Assembly (NCBI GenBank): GCA_043228905.1
Contig: JBHGNT010000004.1
Location: 8,060,001-8,124,000, forward strand
Source of the DNA: Azolla caroliniana
Taxonomy: Eukaryota; Plantae; Polypodiophyta
Length of the DNA stretch: 64,000 bases
Reading direction: 5' to 3'
In this document: piece by piece, positions 1-13,818 of the stretch
Layout of the letters: each line of letters starts with the position of its first letter
How positions within the stretch are numbered: the first letter of the stretch is position 1
Notes under the pieces: generated by a model
What the model was told of the DNA's origin: nothing
What the model saw: the letters and a program-made list of their open reading frames with translations, nothing else
The model's database searches: none
Made by a program: the position numbers and the translations under genes

Positions 1-344
1 ATATTTTTCTTCTTCTTTATAAACTAAGAGACATATGTCTTGCTTTTCTTTAAATGAAGGGACAAGGGTGTATCGTTACTGTTGATTTTTTTTGTTTATA
101 CTAAGCTTATTCCTTAAATGAAAATTTTGTCATTGATTCTGTTTTCGTGTCGAGTGGTACTGAAGAGACTCTAGTTTTGATCCTTATAACGTGTTTCAAT
201 TGTCATTAAATTCTCTATTTCTTCAGAGATTGAAATGTTAAAGAAAGCATTAATCATTTTGGTTGTTTTTATGAAATGATAGTTTGGCGAATAAAAATGT
301 CACGTTGTTTGTAATATACCACCCAATGCACCATTATAGTTGCT

Positions 345-478
345 TAACCGGTTAAGCCTAAACCAGTTTAGGGATCGGTTTGGTTTGGTTTAGGTTTGAG
401 AACCCCAAACTGGTTTCGGCTTAACCAGTTTGGCTTGGATAAGGAAAAACCGGTTAAGCCTAAGCTGAACCGTTGCCG
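345..478. repeat. Cluster of AACCG/CGGTT/AAACC short repeats, possible non-autonomous DNA-transposon remnant
   Basis: AACCGGTTAAGCCTAA occurs twice, plus GGTTTGGTTTGG runs; no TIR or TSD resolved. Confidence 0.35.
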
Positions 479-485
479 ATTCCTA

Positions 486-763
486 TACATATGTATATAC
501 ATACATACATACATACATACATACATACATACATAGTCTTCTTCAGAAAAGCAAGTGTGTAAGAAAGAGATCCATGGTGCTCTCTTACTCATAACTACTA
601 CTTCTATCATGGATTGGATCCATGGGCGTCTCTCTCTCTCTCTCTCTCTCATTTTGGGACATTTGATCAAACCCATCTCACTCTAACATGTGCTAATTAT
701 CTTCTCTCTCTTTCTCTCTTTCTCTCTCTGTGTCTGCATATGTATGTATGTATGTATGTATGT
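486..763. repeat. Microsatellites (TACA)n, (CT)n, (TATG)n upstream of the JmjC gene
   Basis: Directly visible simple repeats at about 495-533, 629-650 and 740-763. Confidence 0.9.
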
Positions 764-1766
764 AGAGATGCCGGAAAAGAAAACACACACTTCTTGCCAT
801 AGCCGGATCGCCCACATTCAGCTTTTTTCACCTTTCTGAAAATAAGCGATTTTCATGAAGTGGGTTGTGCACTGAATCAAAGGTTAGACCCTTCTCTCTT
901 TCTCTTTCTCTCTCTGTGTTCTCGTCTGTCTAATCCAACTCTATTATTAAGAAATCCGCATTCTTTTCTTCTTTCTCTGCTTCCGTAGTTATACCATTCA
1001 TACTTTTTTCCCATCTCCCTGGTTCGCGATTTTGGGGAATCGGCAGTCTCTTCTTCCTGTGTAGTGGTTCGGCTTCTTCTCTGTCTTGAGTATTTTTCAT
1101 TGTTCGCTCAGATTGTTTTTGATGGATCTATGTAGGCTATTGAGTCGTTGCCACCAAGAATTATATGGTGATGTGTCTTATAAATAAATGCAAAATTTTG
1201 CGAGCAAATTGGATTTCTTTTTGTAGCGAATGACACTGTGAGGCATTAGGGTTTGAATTGTAGGTTTCTTTGATGTAATCTTGCCTTTGACGTTTCTTTC
1301 TAGAATTCCCTGATATAATTGTGTTTTCTAGGGTTTGAATGGTTGGATAGTGAACAGAATGGAGGACCGAAGCGGAGAAAAGACTGTGTCAGGAAACCCT
1401 AGAAAGCAAACTCTTAGACAATAATTTATCAGGAAACCTGATGCTGGTAAAATTTCTCTGCTCTAGGGTGCAATGCTATACACAAGGAAATTTACTAATT
1501 TGCCCTGAATTCCTGATAAAGTTTAGGTTTTTTTATTGTCTGGTCTTTTGAGGGAGCTTGGATTTTGAAGAAAGCGTAGCTAAAGGTTAGATCATTCATT
1601 TTCTATTTTAGTTCTTTCTTCTTTCGAGTTTTTATGACAGCCTCGATTTTGGAGGAAGAGAACTAAATTTTTAGGTATTTTATTTACTATTTCAGATTTT
1701 TATTCTTTTGTGATGTTATTTCAGTGTTTTGATTCTGTAGGAGGAAGGGAGCTAACTAAGGTATCC

Positions 1767-4700
1767 ATGAGTCAAGGTAGGAAAGGTAAAGGAAGTCGGG
1801 CTCCGGCTGAAGTAGTACCCGATGAGTTCCGATGCAAACGATCCGATGGTAAACAATGGCGGTGCAGTGCACGAGCTGTAGAGGGGAAAAGCATGTGTGA
1901 AAAGCATATTGTACAAGCCAAGAAAAGAGCAGCAGGACCAATAACTGGGACAGGAATTGGAATTGCACCCGGAACAGGTATAGGAACTGGCATAGGATTA
2001 GGTATAGGAATTGGCGGAGCTACTACCACTACTGCTATTACATCGAAGCTACCTGAAGCTAAGCGTGTTAAAACAGATTTCAAACCTAAAGGTAAGCTCT
2101 TGAAGAAGTCTACAGATGTATTGCTTCCTACTAGGCCAGAGGAACTCGATTCCAGTGTTACCGAGACTGAAAGCGACACAGAAACTGAAACGGAAACTGA
2201 TACAGAAACTGATGACGATACTGAAACAGAGTCTGATAATCCACCATCTCAATCCAAGGCAAAATCTTTGCCCTTGCCGGCAAAACGGTTCAATGATGCA
2301 TCCAGTGGTCTAGGTGTTGATCCAGGTCTCCTAAAGGTCGACTATGGTATGAAGCCCATTCCAATGCAGTATGAGGAAAATTCGGACAAAAACAATCGAG
2401 GAAATGACTATGGCGATGTCATTGAGAAGAGAAAGAGAGATAGTCCAGGTGGTTTTGAGAAGAAGATCAGGGAGGAGACTGGTAGTTTTGAGAAGAAAGC
2501 TAGGGATTCCACCAATGATTCTGAGTGGAATATAAAATTTAGGACTGATGATTTTCAAAAAATGGTGAGAGATGCTGAATGGAAAGGGGAAGCAGATGCA
2601 GAGGAATTTCAAAGGAAATCGAGGGAGAACTTCCAGGGGCCGGATAAGGAGAGGGTTAAAACAGATGATTATGTTAGGAAAATCCGTGAGAGAGCAGAGG
2701 ATTCAAGTAAGAAGATCCTGGAAAAGTCAGCATTGGTGATGAAAACAACAGAGAATCTTGAAAGGAGCAGTACGGTGGTTCCAGATGACATGAAAAGGAA
2801 AATGAAAGAGAAAAACCAAGATTCAGCTCTCAGGTTCATGGATCATCCTAGGGGCCAACTGAATGGTGGATTTTATGGTTCAAATGCTAAGGTGAGGAAT
2901 ATTTATTTTCTTTAGTTCATGGTACATATGTGTGCCTGTAAGCATTTCTGAAGGGTACTTAAGCATTCATTAGTTATTGGTGCAGGATATAGTTGTGCCT
3001 CTAGGTGAGAAAGGGTCAGAGAAACTGAAAAAGAACAAGAACGGAAAACTGTGTCATCAATGTCAGAGAAATGACAGAGAAGCACTAATTTATTGCTTGA
3101 AGTGCAAGAGTAAATGCTTTTGCTTATCATGTATAGCCAGATGGTAAGGGAATGCAAAATCTTTCTTTTTGTGAACCAAGGAAATCACAAAGTATTCTAA
3201 TTGTGACAATGGTTATAAGGTATCCGGACATGAAAGTAGATGACTTCCATGAATGCCCAGTATGTCGGGGAAATTGCAATTGTAAAGCATGCATTCGAAC
3301 GAAGAGTGCAAAATTTTCTTCCATGGGAGAGGTAATTGTTCATCTTTTTATCTCATTCTAAAAAGGGCTTCGAAGCCTGAATATGGACATGATATTTTCC
3401 GGTTTTTATTCGATATTAGGAAGACGATAATATGTCGGATTCTCAGAAAATATCAGCTCTTCGGTACACCCTATCATTCATCTTACCTCTTTTGAAGAGC
3501 TTGCACAAGAAACAGACCTACGAAATTGAATTGGAATCTAAATTAAAAGGTTGGTAGGGGTTGATGTGTTTTCTCCTATTGTTTATGCATCCGTCTAATC
3601 CATGAAGTTTGTAAATTTTCTGTAGGAGTTCCAAATGAAGATGTAGAGATCAAAAGGTCAAAACTCAAGTCAGATGAGCGTCTATTCTGGTTAGTACATA
3701 GCAAACTAGTGTGATGCAACTTTCAGCTGTATTTGTATTACTCTTTCTACTTGCTGCAGTATATGGTAAAACTGATATGTCTGGTTGATAAAGGTCACAT
3801 CAGTCATTCTTTGTTGTGCAACACACATAATTTCTGATTGGTGCATTTTTAGATGTTTTCTGGAGTTCTCCACTTAAACATGATAGGTCTGATTTTTCTC
3901 ACTCATTATTCTGTTTGTTTCTCTCACATATGCTTGTCTTATGTATTTGATTACTTTATAGATGATATGCATAGTATATACCGAAGTCAAAAGGAGATAA
4001 CACCTTTTCTCTAACCTTTTCAGTGACAATTGCAATACATCAATTGCGGACTTATACAGAAGCTGCCCAGAGTGTAGTTATGACTTATGCTTAGCTTGTT
4101 GCCAGGAGCTTCGTGATGGCAAACAGCCAGGGGGAAAATGGGCTGGGTCTGCCAATTACCATATACAAGAAAGCGCTAAAGGTACGGTCTCCCTAGTGCA
4201 ATCATCCAAGCATGAGCTACCAATATGGAAGGTGAATGCAGATGGTAGCATTCCTTGTCCACCAAAAGAGTGCGGTGGATGTGGTTTCCTGCAGATTTCT
4301 TTGAGGCAAACTGGTAAACCCCATTGGATTCCCAAGCTAGTTAAAAGTGTTGAAGCTGCAGTTGGTAATGAGAAGATAATAAAACCTAACCCATCAGAAC
4401 CATGCCAGTTGTGTTTTAATGAAAATAACCCGAAGTCATCAGTAAATTGTGGATGCTTACGTGAAGCTGCACAAAGGGAGGCCACGCCAGACAATTTCAT
4501 TTACTGCCCTTCAGTCTTAAACATGGATCAAGATGTCTTTGAACATTTCCAAAATCACTGGCTTTGTGGTGAGCCTGTGATAGTGAGAAATGTGCTGGAA
4601 AAAACAAAGGGCATAAGTTGGGAGCCTATGGTCATGTGCAATGTGTTTAGAGAGACTGCAAAAAATAAGTTTGCTGAAGAAACTAGTTCTGTGAAGGCTA

Positions 4701-7700
4701 TTGATTGCCTTGATTGGTGTGAGGTAAAGTCATTCATGTGTTTTATTCACTCACATTGTTTAACAGGAACATAATTAGCGAGTTCCTGTTGTCTGCGTGA
4801 TGTACTATCCCATGATACTCGTGGTTTTCTTGAATATTTGTAGGTTGAGATCGACATCCACCAATTTTTCAAGGGATACCAAGATGGTCGAACACACAAG
4901 GATGGATGGCCTGAAATGCTTAAATTGAAGGATTGGCCTCCTAACTTTTTCCATGAAAGGCTACCACGTCATGGAGCTGAATTCATCAATGCATTGCCAT
5001 TCCATGAGTACACTCATCCAAGTCGTGGAATCCTGAACCTTGCTTCCAAGCTCCCTCAGCATGTTGCAAAGCCTGACTTGGGTCCTAAGACATACATTGC
5101 ATATGGTGTAAAAGAGGAGCTTGGTCGAGGGGATTCTGTAACAAAATTACACTGTGATATGTCTGATGCGGTAAATCTAATATTGCTGTTGTATGTTGTA
5201 GAGGGAGCTTGATTTCCTGTGTCTCACATTTAGAAACCTTCAGTTTTTTATCTCTGTTTTTGTAGGTCAATGTTCTTACTCATGCAACAGAAGTTCGGCA
5301 CTCAAAGTGGCAGCATGTATTAACTAAGAAGTACAAAAAGAAGAATGGACCTCGAACTCTGGAACCCGCTGGAGTGCAGAAGGAGACATTTCCTTATGAG
5401 TGCCCGAAGGTGAAACAAATCCCTAGTTTGGTACTCGACCTTAATACTCATGCGAAGGAGGTTTTTTGACATTACGTCATGCTTTATATCTTATAATATA
5501 TATGTGCATATATAATTGATATATTTCATCGTGAAGGTACAAATATTTTGTCATATTCTGATGATCCATTCCTACAGAGACTGCGAACATAACTTTGCTC
5601 GCACTTTGTAATGATGGCAACCTAACTAGAAATATGAATGTTTTTCAGGATGGGTTTTGTGGATCTGGTATAGAAAACAATTTAGGAATCAACATGGAAT
5701 CAAGGTTGCATCAAATGAGGGAGCGGGTAACTACTTCCTATTCTGATCTTAGATTGTATATATTGACCATATGTATTGACAATGACTAACTAATGACATA
5801 TCAATGGCATGTTTGATGTGATCCCACACTCTTAGTTGGAAGGTGATAGTTTCTCAAACATCAACATGCCTGAAGCTGGAAACAACATGCCCCGTGGGAA
5901 TGTTTATAGGGCTGATATTTTGAATAATGAACCTGCGTCCTTGGACTTACCAAGGGAAAAGATTGGTAATCAGGCTGGCTGTTCTCGTAATCCACCTTGC
6001 TTGTTTCCCCCCTCATATAGAGGGTCAGGATACTCGAAGAATGAAGAATTTAGTCATTCTAGTGTGAAGATGTTTGATATGAATAGTGCAAGTGAACAAC
6101 AAAGTGAAGCTGAGCACCTAGTACTAGAAAACCAAAGATGTCTTATTGACTTTGAAAACAAAGTTCATAATACTGATTTGGCTTCGAATGAAACTCAAAC
6201 CAACCAATGGAGTGGCTATTCCACAATAAAGGAAGCTTATCACTCTGAAAGAGAGGATGTTGCCTCACAAATTGAAAATGGTGGAAAGAGCACCATCAAC
6301 TTGGAATCCAAAAAACATGCAGGTGAAGCTGATATTATGAATAAGAGTAGCTGTGGGTATGACATATTTGTACGGAAAGAAAGGCACTCAGATAGTGAGA
6401 TGGAAGATTTTGATCAAGAGAGAAATGATGGAGATAATGCCATAACAACAGGAGAGACTAAGACAGAACAGGTAAACGGTGGAGCATTATGGGATATTTT
6501 TCGTCGTCAAGATGTACCGAAGCTTCAAGATTATCTCCGAAGTCATTGGAAGGAGTTCCGGCATATCAAAGAAATGCATCTTTCCCATGTTAGTAAACAA
6601 TATACATGTTTTTTTTCTTGTAAAATATTGAGAGTTCTTGCATATTTACGAAGTTCGGAACTACTACACAGGTAGTTGATCCGATCCATGACCAGACGAT
6701 TTTCCTCTCTGAGGAACACAAGAGAAGGTTAAAGGAGGAGTATGGTAGGCACATACCAATTTATTACGTTCAAATTCCAGAAGCTCTTGCATCAATAACT
6801 TGGTTTCCTCATTCTTCTTTCAGGTGTTGAGCCTTGGACATTTGAGCAATACATAGGAGAGGCTATTTTCATACCTGCTGGATGTCCCCATCAAGTGAGG
6901 AACATGCAGGTGTGTTTCTTTTTTCTTTTGCATGTTGATCAAGCTAATGACCACTACAATAGTGGTCTCTGTAACGCTTCTTGGGCAAAAAATCCATATC
7001 TATGATACAAAATTCTTTCATTTCCCAGCTTGATGCTCCACTGCCCTAGGTGTTTCTTTATTAATCCAACTAGAATCAAAGATTATAAGAATAGAATGTT
7101 TCAGCTAGCACAGAGGACATAGCACAGAGTACTTCCTGGGAAAAAACCTGCAGTAGGGTTCCAGTCAACCAGCTGTATTGCTGAAAATCATTCTAGCGCA
7201 AATCATAAGGATTTGCAGGATAATTCAAATCCAAAAGATTCGAAATCTTTAAATCCCTACTTTTTCATGAGAAATCAGCAAGCAGAAAACCCTAAAAACT
7301 GTTCAGTAAACAATAAATCAGAAACCCTAATTTATGATAAAAGCAAGATCAGATGTTCTGATCAGATCTTAGAATCCCTGAATTTGGTGATTTAGAAAGA
7401 AACACAATAGAGATTGTCATTCTTTTCATGAGACATCTTGCTCCTCAGAATTCATTAGCAGGAGTTACTCTCTACAACATTGGTGTCAAATTATTGATGC
7501 CTTTCACACACCTCATTACTGTTAATGTGACATCCTTAATATTGATGTGTGCATCAAAAAATTATCGATTGGATTCATGCCTGTCCATTCAACTTTTACT
7601 TGTGCCATCCTATATCAACATAGCCATCAATCTGGACATTTATCCTACTAAACATGCTTCTTAGGCCTGGGTCCTAGGTTGGATAGCCATGCTTGCATGA

Positions 7701-9007
7701 GACAAACTATTACAGTGGATGGACTCCATTTACATGCTAGAACAGTGGTTCCACACGTTGAAATTCCCTTTATGTGACTTTTATTTCTTGTTAGAGATAA
7801 GTTCTGCAATTATCCCTAGGATTAAGGTAACTGATACACTGAATGTCATTTTAAGTTACCAAGTATGGTGTATCCTCTTACCAAAACTGAAAATTCCTGT
7901 TCAAATGTCGTCAATTATGCTAGAGGCATGTGACAATGTATTTTTGTCTATTCTCATGCAATACGAAAGAAGAATAAGATGTTCTTCTTAGGTGATGAAT
8001 GGGATGTTCCATAGCTTAAGAAATCTGCACTCTTCGAAAGTGTATGATTAATTGTGTGTGCTCGAGTTGAAGCATTCTTGCAAATGCTAATGCCAGAGTT
8101 CAGCAACTTTTAAATCTGCAAATAAGTTTGTATCCCATATATTCTCTTTCAAGATGTTATTTAAGCAGAAATGATTCCTTGAACAATTCTTTGTTTTACT
8201 GGGATCCCTTCTCTGTGATAAACATTTTGAGTGTGTAGCATAGTGATGTATATTTTTGTTGCTTATGTACCTTCATTTTTTATATGCGAAGTGTCTCATT
8301 TATTTAGTCAAATATTCCCCTTCAGAACCTTGATCTTATTTTGTCCATGATGGAATGCAGTCTTGTATCAATGTTGCGTTAGACTTTGTAGCACCTGAAA
8401 ATGTTCAGGAATGTGTCCGGTTGACAGAGGAGTACAGAATGCTTCCAACAGACCATCGAGCAAAAGAAGACAAGTTGGAGGTCCTTTCTTTCTTTCTTTC
8501 TCTCTCATAGTCTCAACATGCATTATTTATTGCAATGATCAGCAGTAAAACTCTTGAACATTAAGATTCACTAGTCAACTCCAAACACAAAGTGCAAATG
8601 TTTATGTTTCACTTTCACTCCACCCCTGATGACAACAGTAAAATCTATTGATCTATCTCTCATATCATCACACGTTTCCATCATACAGCATATAAGATCA
8701 CACTTATGGCCACATCCACTTCCATGAATGATACATATCACACATGCACACAAATGATGTATGCCATACATGTCCATTGTAGCTTGAAATAGGAAGTGGT
8801 TTATTATAGTTTACATTCTTGATGGCAGGTGAAGAAAATGGCAATATATGCTGCTGAAGCTGCAGTAAAGCAGCTCCATCATCTGTTGGAGTCAAGGTAT
8901 AAAGCTGAGAAAATAAGAGTTTCTTGACTGTGGTCTGAATGAAATTCATGTATATATATAATAAAGGTGATTGTCTTGTTCTTTGCAGTGAGAAGAAACT
9001 ACTATAG
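1767..9007 (+). CDS. KDM3/JMJ25(IBM1)-family JmjC histone H3K9 demethylase with N-terminal WRC domain and Cys-rich zinc-binding region. Coding exons about 1767-2891, 2986-3143, 3220-3331, 3420-3549, 3626-3689, 4024-4723, 4844-5170, 5266-5460, 5649-5726, 5836-6588, 6672-6744, 6824-6909, 8361-8480, 8829-8896, 8989-9007
   Basis: WRC motif [16 protein letters not shown]; CHQCQRND and [13 protein letters not shown]; JmjC motifs [78 protein letters not shown] introns keep the frame. The final small exon is less certain. Confidence 0.93.
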
Positions 9008-10329
9008 TTTGACAAAACAAAGAAGAGAATTTGAGCTCTGTCTCGGCAAAAGCTTTTAGGGCTAATCTTGCAAAGAAGCATTGCTATTTTACTATTCCCC
9101 TCACCCTTGTGTGTGTCTTTGTTTTTGCATTTCTGGTGCAGTGAGGTTTCTTGATTTATGCTTGATACGTCCTTATATAAATGTGCAGTTAGATTTACTT
9201 TTGTTTGCTTTTGTGATCATGAAAATATAAAAAAGCAAACACATTTTTTTTCTTCTAATGAGGTAGTGGACATCATCATTTGAGGCGTAAAACACAGCTT
9301 TCTAGTTGTGTATATTACAGGAGGGGTTGTATTTTGTAAAGAAGATAAAAGAAAAAACAGATGATTCATAGGAACAGAGTGCCAATATTTGATGCTCTCT
9401 TTATAAATTGACACACCTCAATAAGAAAGATATGGGGGTGCAATGCGATGTATGTGCTTCTTTTGTATCAGAACGTGTAAGTTATCGGAGAACATATATC
9501 CTCGTCCAAACTCGTGGATTTTATAACATATAGATGTGCGTTACCAACAGTTGTGTTTAAAATTTGCACTACCAGTGTTGTGAATGCAAGGAATTTAAAA
9601 GTTTCAAGTAGACTGCACTAACGGCTTTTATAGTTGAAAAGTTATTTAACATTTACCTCAAAATATCGTAGTATTTTGTGAAATGAGGATATTTGAAATA
9701 GTTTGTTGAGCCTCCTGTAGGCTAAATAAAGAAACCTTACCATCATATTGTAAATGATCAAATAAGACCACATTGGTTTATATAGTCGAATGTTGTAAAT
9801 AATTACGGTAAAGTAATCTAATGTTACATGATAATATCATAATATTTTATAAATGAGTATATGAAATGGTTTATTGTGCCTCCCATAGACACTAAATGTG
9901 GTAACATTACTATGGTGTAATTGATCAAATAAGAACATATTTATTTATTGAGTCTAATATTGGAATTAGCCATTTGATGTTATAAATGCACTAGAGAAAA
10001 GTAATCACCTTTCTTAGTCTCCATTTGACTACACCATTGTGTATGTATTAAACTTTTGAATGTGAATGTGTTGATGTGTTTCTCATTCTCTGTAGGTTAT
10101 TTCATATGATTGTTAAATGTACTTACATGTAGCTAGATATCCCTATCTTAAATGAACATATATATATATATATAATACTATAGTTTGGGCTCAAATGTGA
10201 CCTATACAACAAAAAATGTAACACGTTCATGTAATACATATGATAGTGAATAGTTGACTCTCAATGTTCAAGAATGTGAACAGTCCATAATGTGATTGTG
10301 AGAAAATTGTGCAGAAATTGGGTTTGGTC

Positions 10330-12712
10330 GAAGATGTGGAAAGTCTAGTCGAATGTGATTTAAGGACGACCATTGTATCAAAGTGTGATACTTAAGACTC
10401 CTAAACTTGTATAGGGCAAAGTGTGTCTAGTTGACGACTTTCATCATTTGTGCTCCAATGTCTTGTCTCACATTGTAGTGAGCGTGATCTAAGTCGTATT
10501 GAACCAATGGTTAGGAATAAGGTTGGTGGATAATGGAATGGACTGTAACATGTATGCAATTTTCTCCTACAATGAAGAATATGGTTGTTTACTTAGGTTC
10601 AACATAAGGCGTATAATGTGTGATCTTCCATATCTTTTCTATGTCATGATACATTGGAGTTGTGAAAAGGCCTCATTCACAAAGAAATATATTGATATAC
10701 CAAGAAGCGTGTTGCATCCCATATTCAAAACCATTTTTCTAAATCTTGTATAAATCATAAGACAAATTTTCTTTTATGTCTCCATTTGATCTTCTTGCTT
10801 GCTTCCCATGTGATTTTAAGATGCTGATGTGAGATACTATTTTGAACCTTAACCATGTATTTGACAACCCTGTCCGTGGCCAAGATGTTAGTGGGAAGGG
10901 ATCCAGTCTCAAGAAGTAGGAGAGTATATGGTGTTAGTTTCATGACTTGGAGAAACATAGTAAGAGGGTGTATGGTGTTTGTTTCGTGACTTGGTGGTAA
11001 GAAAATGCTTTTGGACATTTTCAAATTCTTTCAAAATGGGCTTTCATGATGTTATCAATCCATATAGAAAAGCATCGATGTAAAAAAACCATTTCTTGAG
11101 GACACATCATTTAATTTCTCCCCCGTCGTATATTTACTCAAATACATAATATTCTCTCTTTCTTGCCTTTAAATGGCAGGTAACACATTCATTCCATGTA
11201 AGCTTGAATTGCAAGCATATATATTCACTTGGCACCCCAAGTTCTTCAATGTGCCTCCAAAGATGGTCATGAGGTACCATATCAAAAACTTTCTTAAAGT
11301 TTATGAAACAATAATCTCTTAAGCAATTGTTTCGTCAATTAATACTCCAAAGATGACAAGGTGATTGATGGTATATTATGGTGTTTTGAAAGCCAACTTG
11401 CCCATAGGAGTTCAGTTATCATAACTCTCAACACATTTACCCTTTAGGTTTCTCCAAAATTTTAGCACATGCATGTGCTTTATCTTGAGTTGAGAAACTA
11501 TCTAGTAACTTCCCACATTCTTGTCTTTCTTTGAATAAATCTTTGTATTTTGCAATTTTTTTTCATTATTTTCCTTATCCTTGACTATGTCCAAACTCAT
11601 AAGACACATTTGAGCTTCTTGGTGTTCCTTAAAACCATTTTTTTCTTGGAACTACATTTCTTGATGCCTTTGCTTAGCTAGAAAAAATTTGTTTGTGCAT
11701 GAGAAGGCGACTTTCTTGAAGCTTCCCAATTTCATTCTAGTGATGCACCATGTTGTATCTTTGTCATTTATAACATATCCTTAACCATGTTAGAATACAT
11801 GGGTGCTCTTTTAATGTTTGTGCTCAAATATGGTTGTTCGATATCTTCAATGACCTTCTAATTTTCAAACTTTTTTATACATTTGATGCGTAAAGTCTTA
11901 TGATCAAATTCCAGCTTCCCATTTACATTTTAGTGTTGCATTGCTGCACCATGTTGTATTGTTGTCATTTGTCACATATCCTTGAGCATGTTGGAATACA
12001 TGGTTGCTCATTTAAGGTTTAATCTAAGATATATTTGTTTGATATCTTTAATAACCTTCTAGGCTCTAGTTCTCAAACTTTTCTATACATTTGAGGCTAA
12101 TGTGTATAGGCTTATGAACAAATTCTGGTGTCCATTCACAAAATGAGAAATTGTGTATCCGATCCAAAATATCTTCAAAAAGTAGCACATAGTCAACGAC
12201 ACTATTTCTATTGTAATTTCTACTTGTAAAACCTATTAACGTTGGGTCATAACTCATAAGGATACAAAATTTATAATAAGCATTGTAGTGGTATTGCGCA
12301 TTTGTAAGTGTAACTTCCCAAATTAATCTAGATCCTTTTTTCTTATTAAAACACGAGCAATTATAAATTTATATATCCTCTTGCATCCTTCAAATATGTG
12401 GCATGATAGATTGTTGTGCTTCAAGTTGCAAACTTCATGTAAGTGCATTCATGTCACCAAAGACAATAACTTCCCCCTTGGATTTAAAATAAGCAATATT
12501 ATCTTCGAGATTAGCAAAGGGTTGTTCTTTCTCCATGTAAAATGTAGGATCCAACTATAATAGTAGATACACCATTTTGTGTAGCATTTATATTCATAAT
12601 GTTTTATGACTGACTCGTGTTTCTCTTATTCTCTCTTAATCAAACATGACAACTCTCCTTATTATCTTCTTGTCTTAGGTTTTTTACCCATATCAAGGAG
12701 TGCATTATAGAG
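10330..12712 (-). mobile_element. Old degenerate copy of the RTEX-like LINE (related to the 48.5-59.2 kb element)
   Basis: Clear similarity to 48700-51780 (e.g. ATTGTATCAAAGTGTGATACTTA; peptide PYTLLLLETGSLP); many stops, internal deletions and an internal duplication at about 11740-12090. Confidence 0.85.
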
Positions 12713-12789
12713 AGGAGAGAGATAATAAAATGGATGCTTTATCATCCATGAGGTGGCCAATTTCAACCAAAGGGACCAAATAAATATAC

Positions 12790-13140
12790 CATCTTGTATG
12801 TGACTCCTCCTTAAGAAGGAGGAACTTACTAATTTGCAAAAAACTTTCTATGTGAAAACAATGCACATACATATGTGCTCACCTTTCTTGGTGGACATTT
12901 ATTTGAGTATGACACTAACGTTATCGTGCTCGTCTAACAAGTCATCATATTTCTCGTGAATTACTTTATTATACTTTGAGCATGCAATAAGTGATATTCA
13001 TCTTCCACAAGAATTTCATTGCATACTTTGCATACTTTGCATGCGTTCATGTTTGGATGATGATGCTACACTACTACCTCAACACCTAACTTGTGTGAGT
13101 GAGTTTGACAAAGTAATGAAGGCTCTTTAAAACTCACGAC
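12790..13140. repeat. Dispersed repeat similar to 44060-44390
   Basis: Shared stretches such as AAGTGATATTCATC and TATGACACT/TACGACACT..GTTATC; identity unknown. Confidence 0.45.
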
Positions 13141-13329
13141 AATTGGAGTACTCACAAATATTGGTCATAAATGGATTGTATATCCCGATTTGATTAAAGT
13201 ACAACCATAATGGTACATATGTACTCATGAAAACACATGGCTATGCAAGGTCAGTGGGGACCCTTTGCAATGGTCATGGCGTGATTCTTATGCGGGTTAA
13301 GGAAGCAAAGCCATCCCTTTCTTCCAATT

Positions 13330-13790
13330 CACGACTAGATTGGGTCACCACATTCTAGCCGCTCAAACCGTTCAAGAGCCAACAACTGCAAAGGTATGGC
13401 ACACATATCATGTTCCTCAATGACATACAATTATCACTAAGTTTTGGTAGAAAATTTGGAAACAACTACACACTTGGTGAATTACCATGTTCCAATGGCT
13501 ATTAAAACATAAGTCACTACCGGTTGGAGCACGACAACATGGGAACCTTAGCTCTCCTAATTGTGTAGTGTGCCCAAATGCAGCAGAATCAATCCAACAC
13601 ACTTTGTGGGATTGCCCAGAGACCCGCCAAGAGGGGATGACTTTGGTGATAAAAGCACAAGAGGTTTTCTTTCCACCATTGACAATATCTACTCAACTCT
13701 TATTAATGCTAAATCTCTACCTCTTTGGTGTCATGATATAGCATGGTATGGCTTCAAAAATATTTGAATCCATGACCTTGTGTCACATGG
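13330..13790 (+). mobile_element. L1-type LINE ORF2 C-terminal (zf-RVT) fragment
   Basis: FQWLLKHKSLPV...CVVCPNAAESIQHTLWDCP (CCHC zinc-binding motif). Confidence 0.7.
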
Positions 13791-13818
13791 GTTGAAACCC
13801 TACCATTAAGCTATACAT

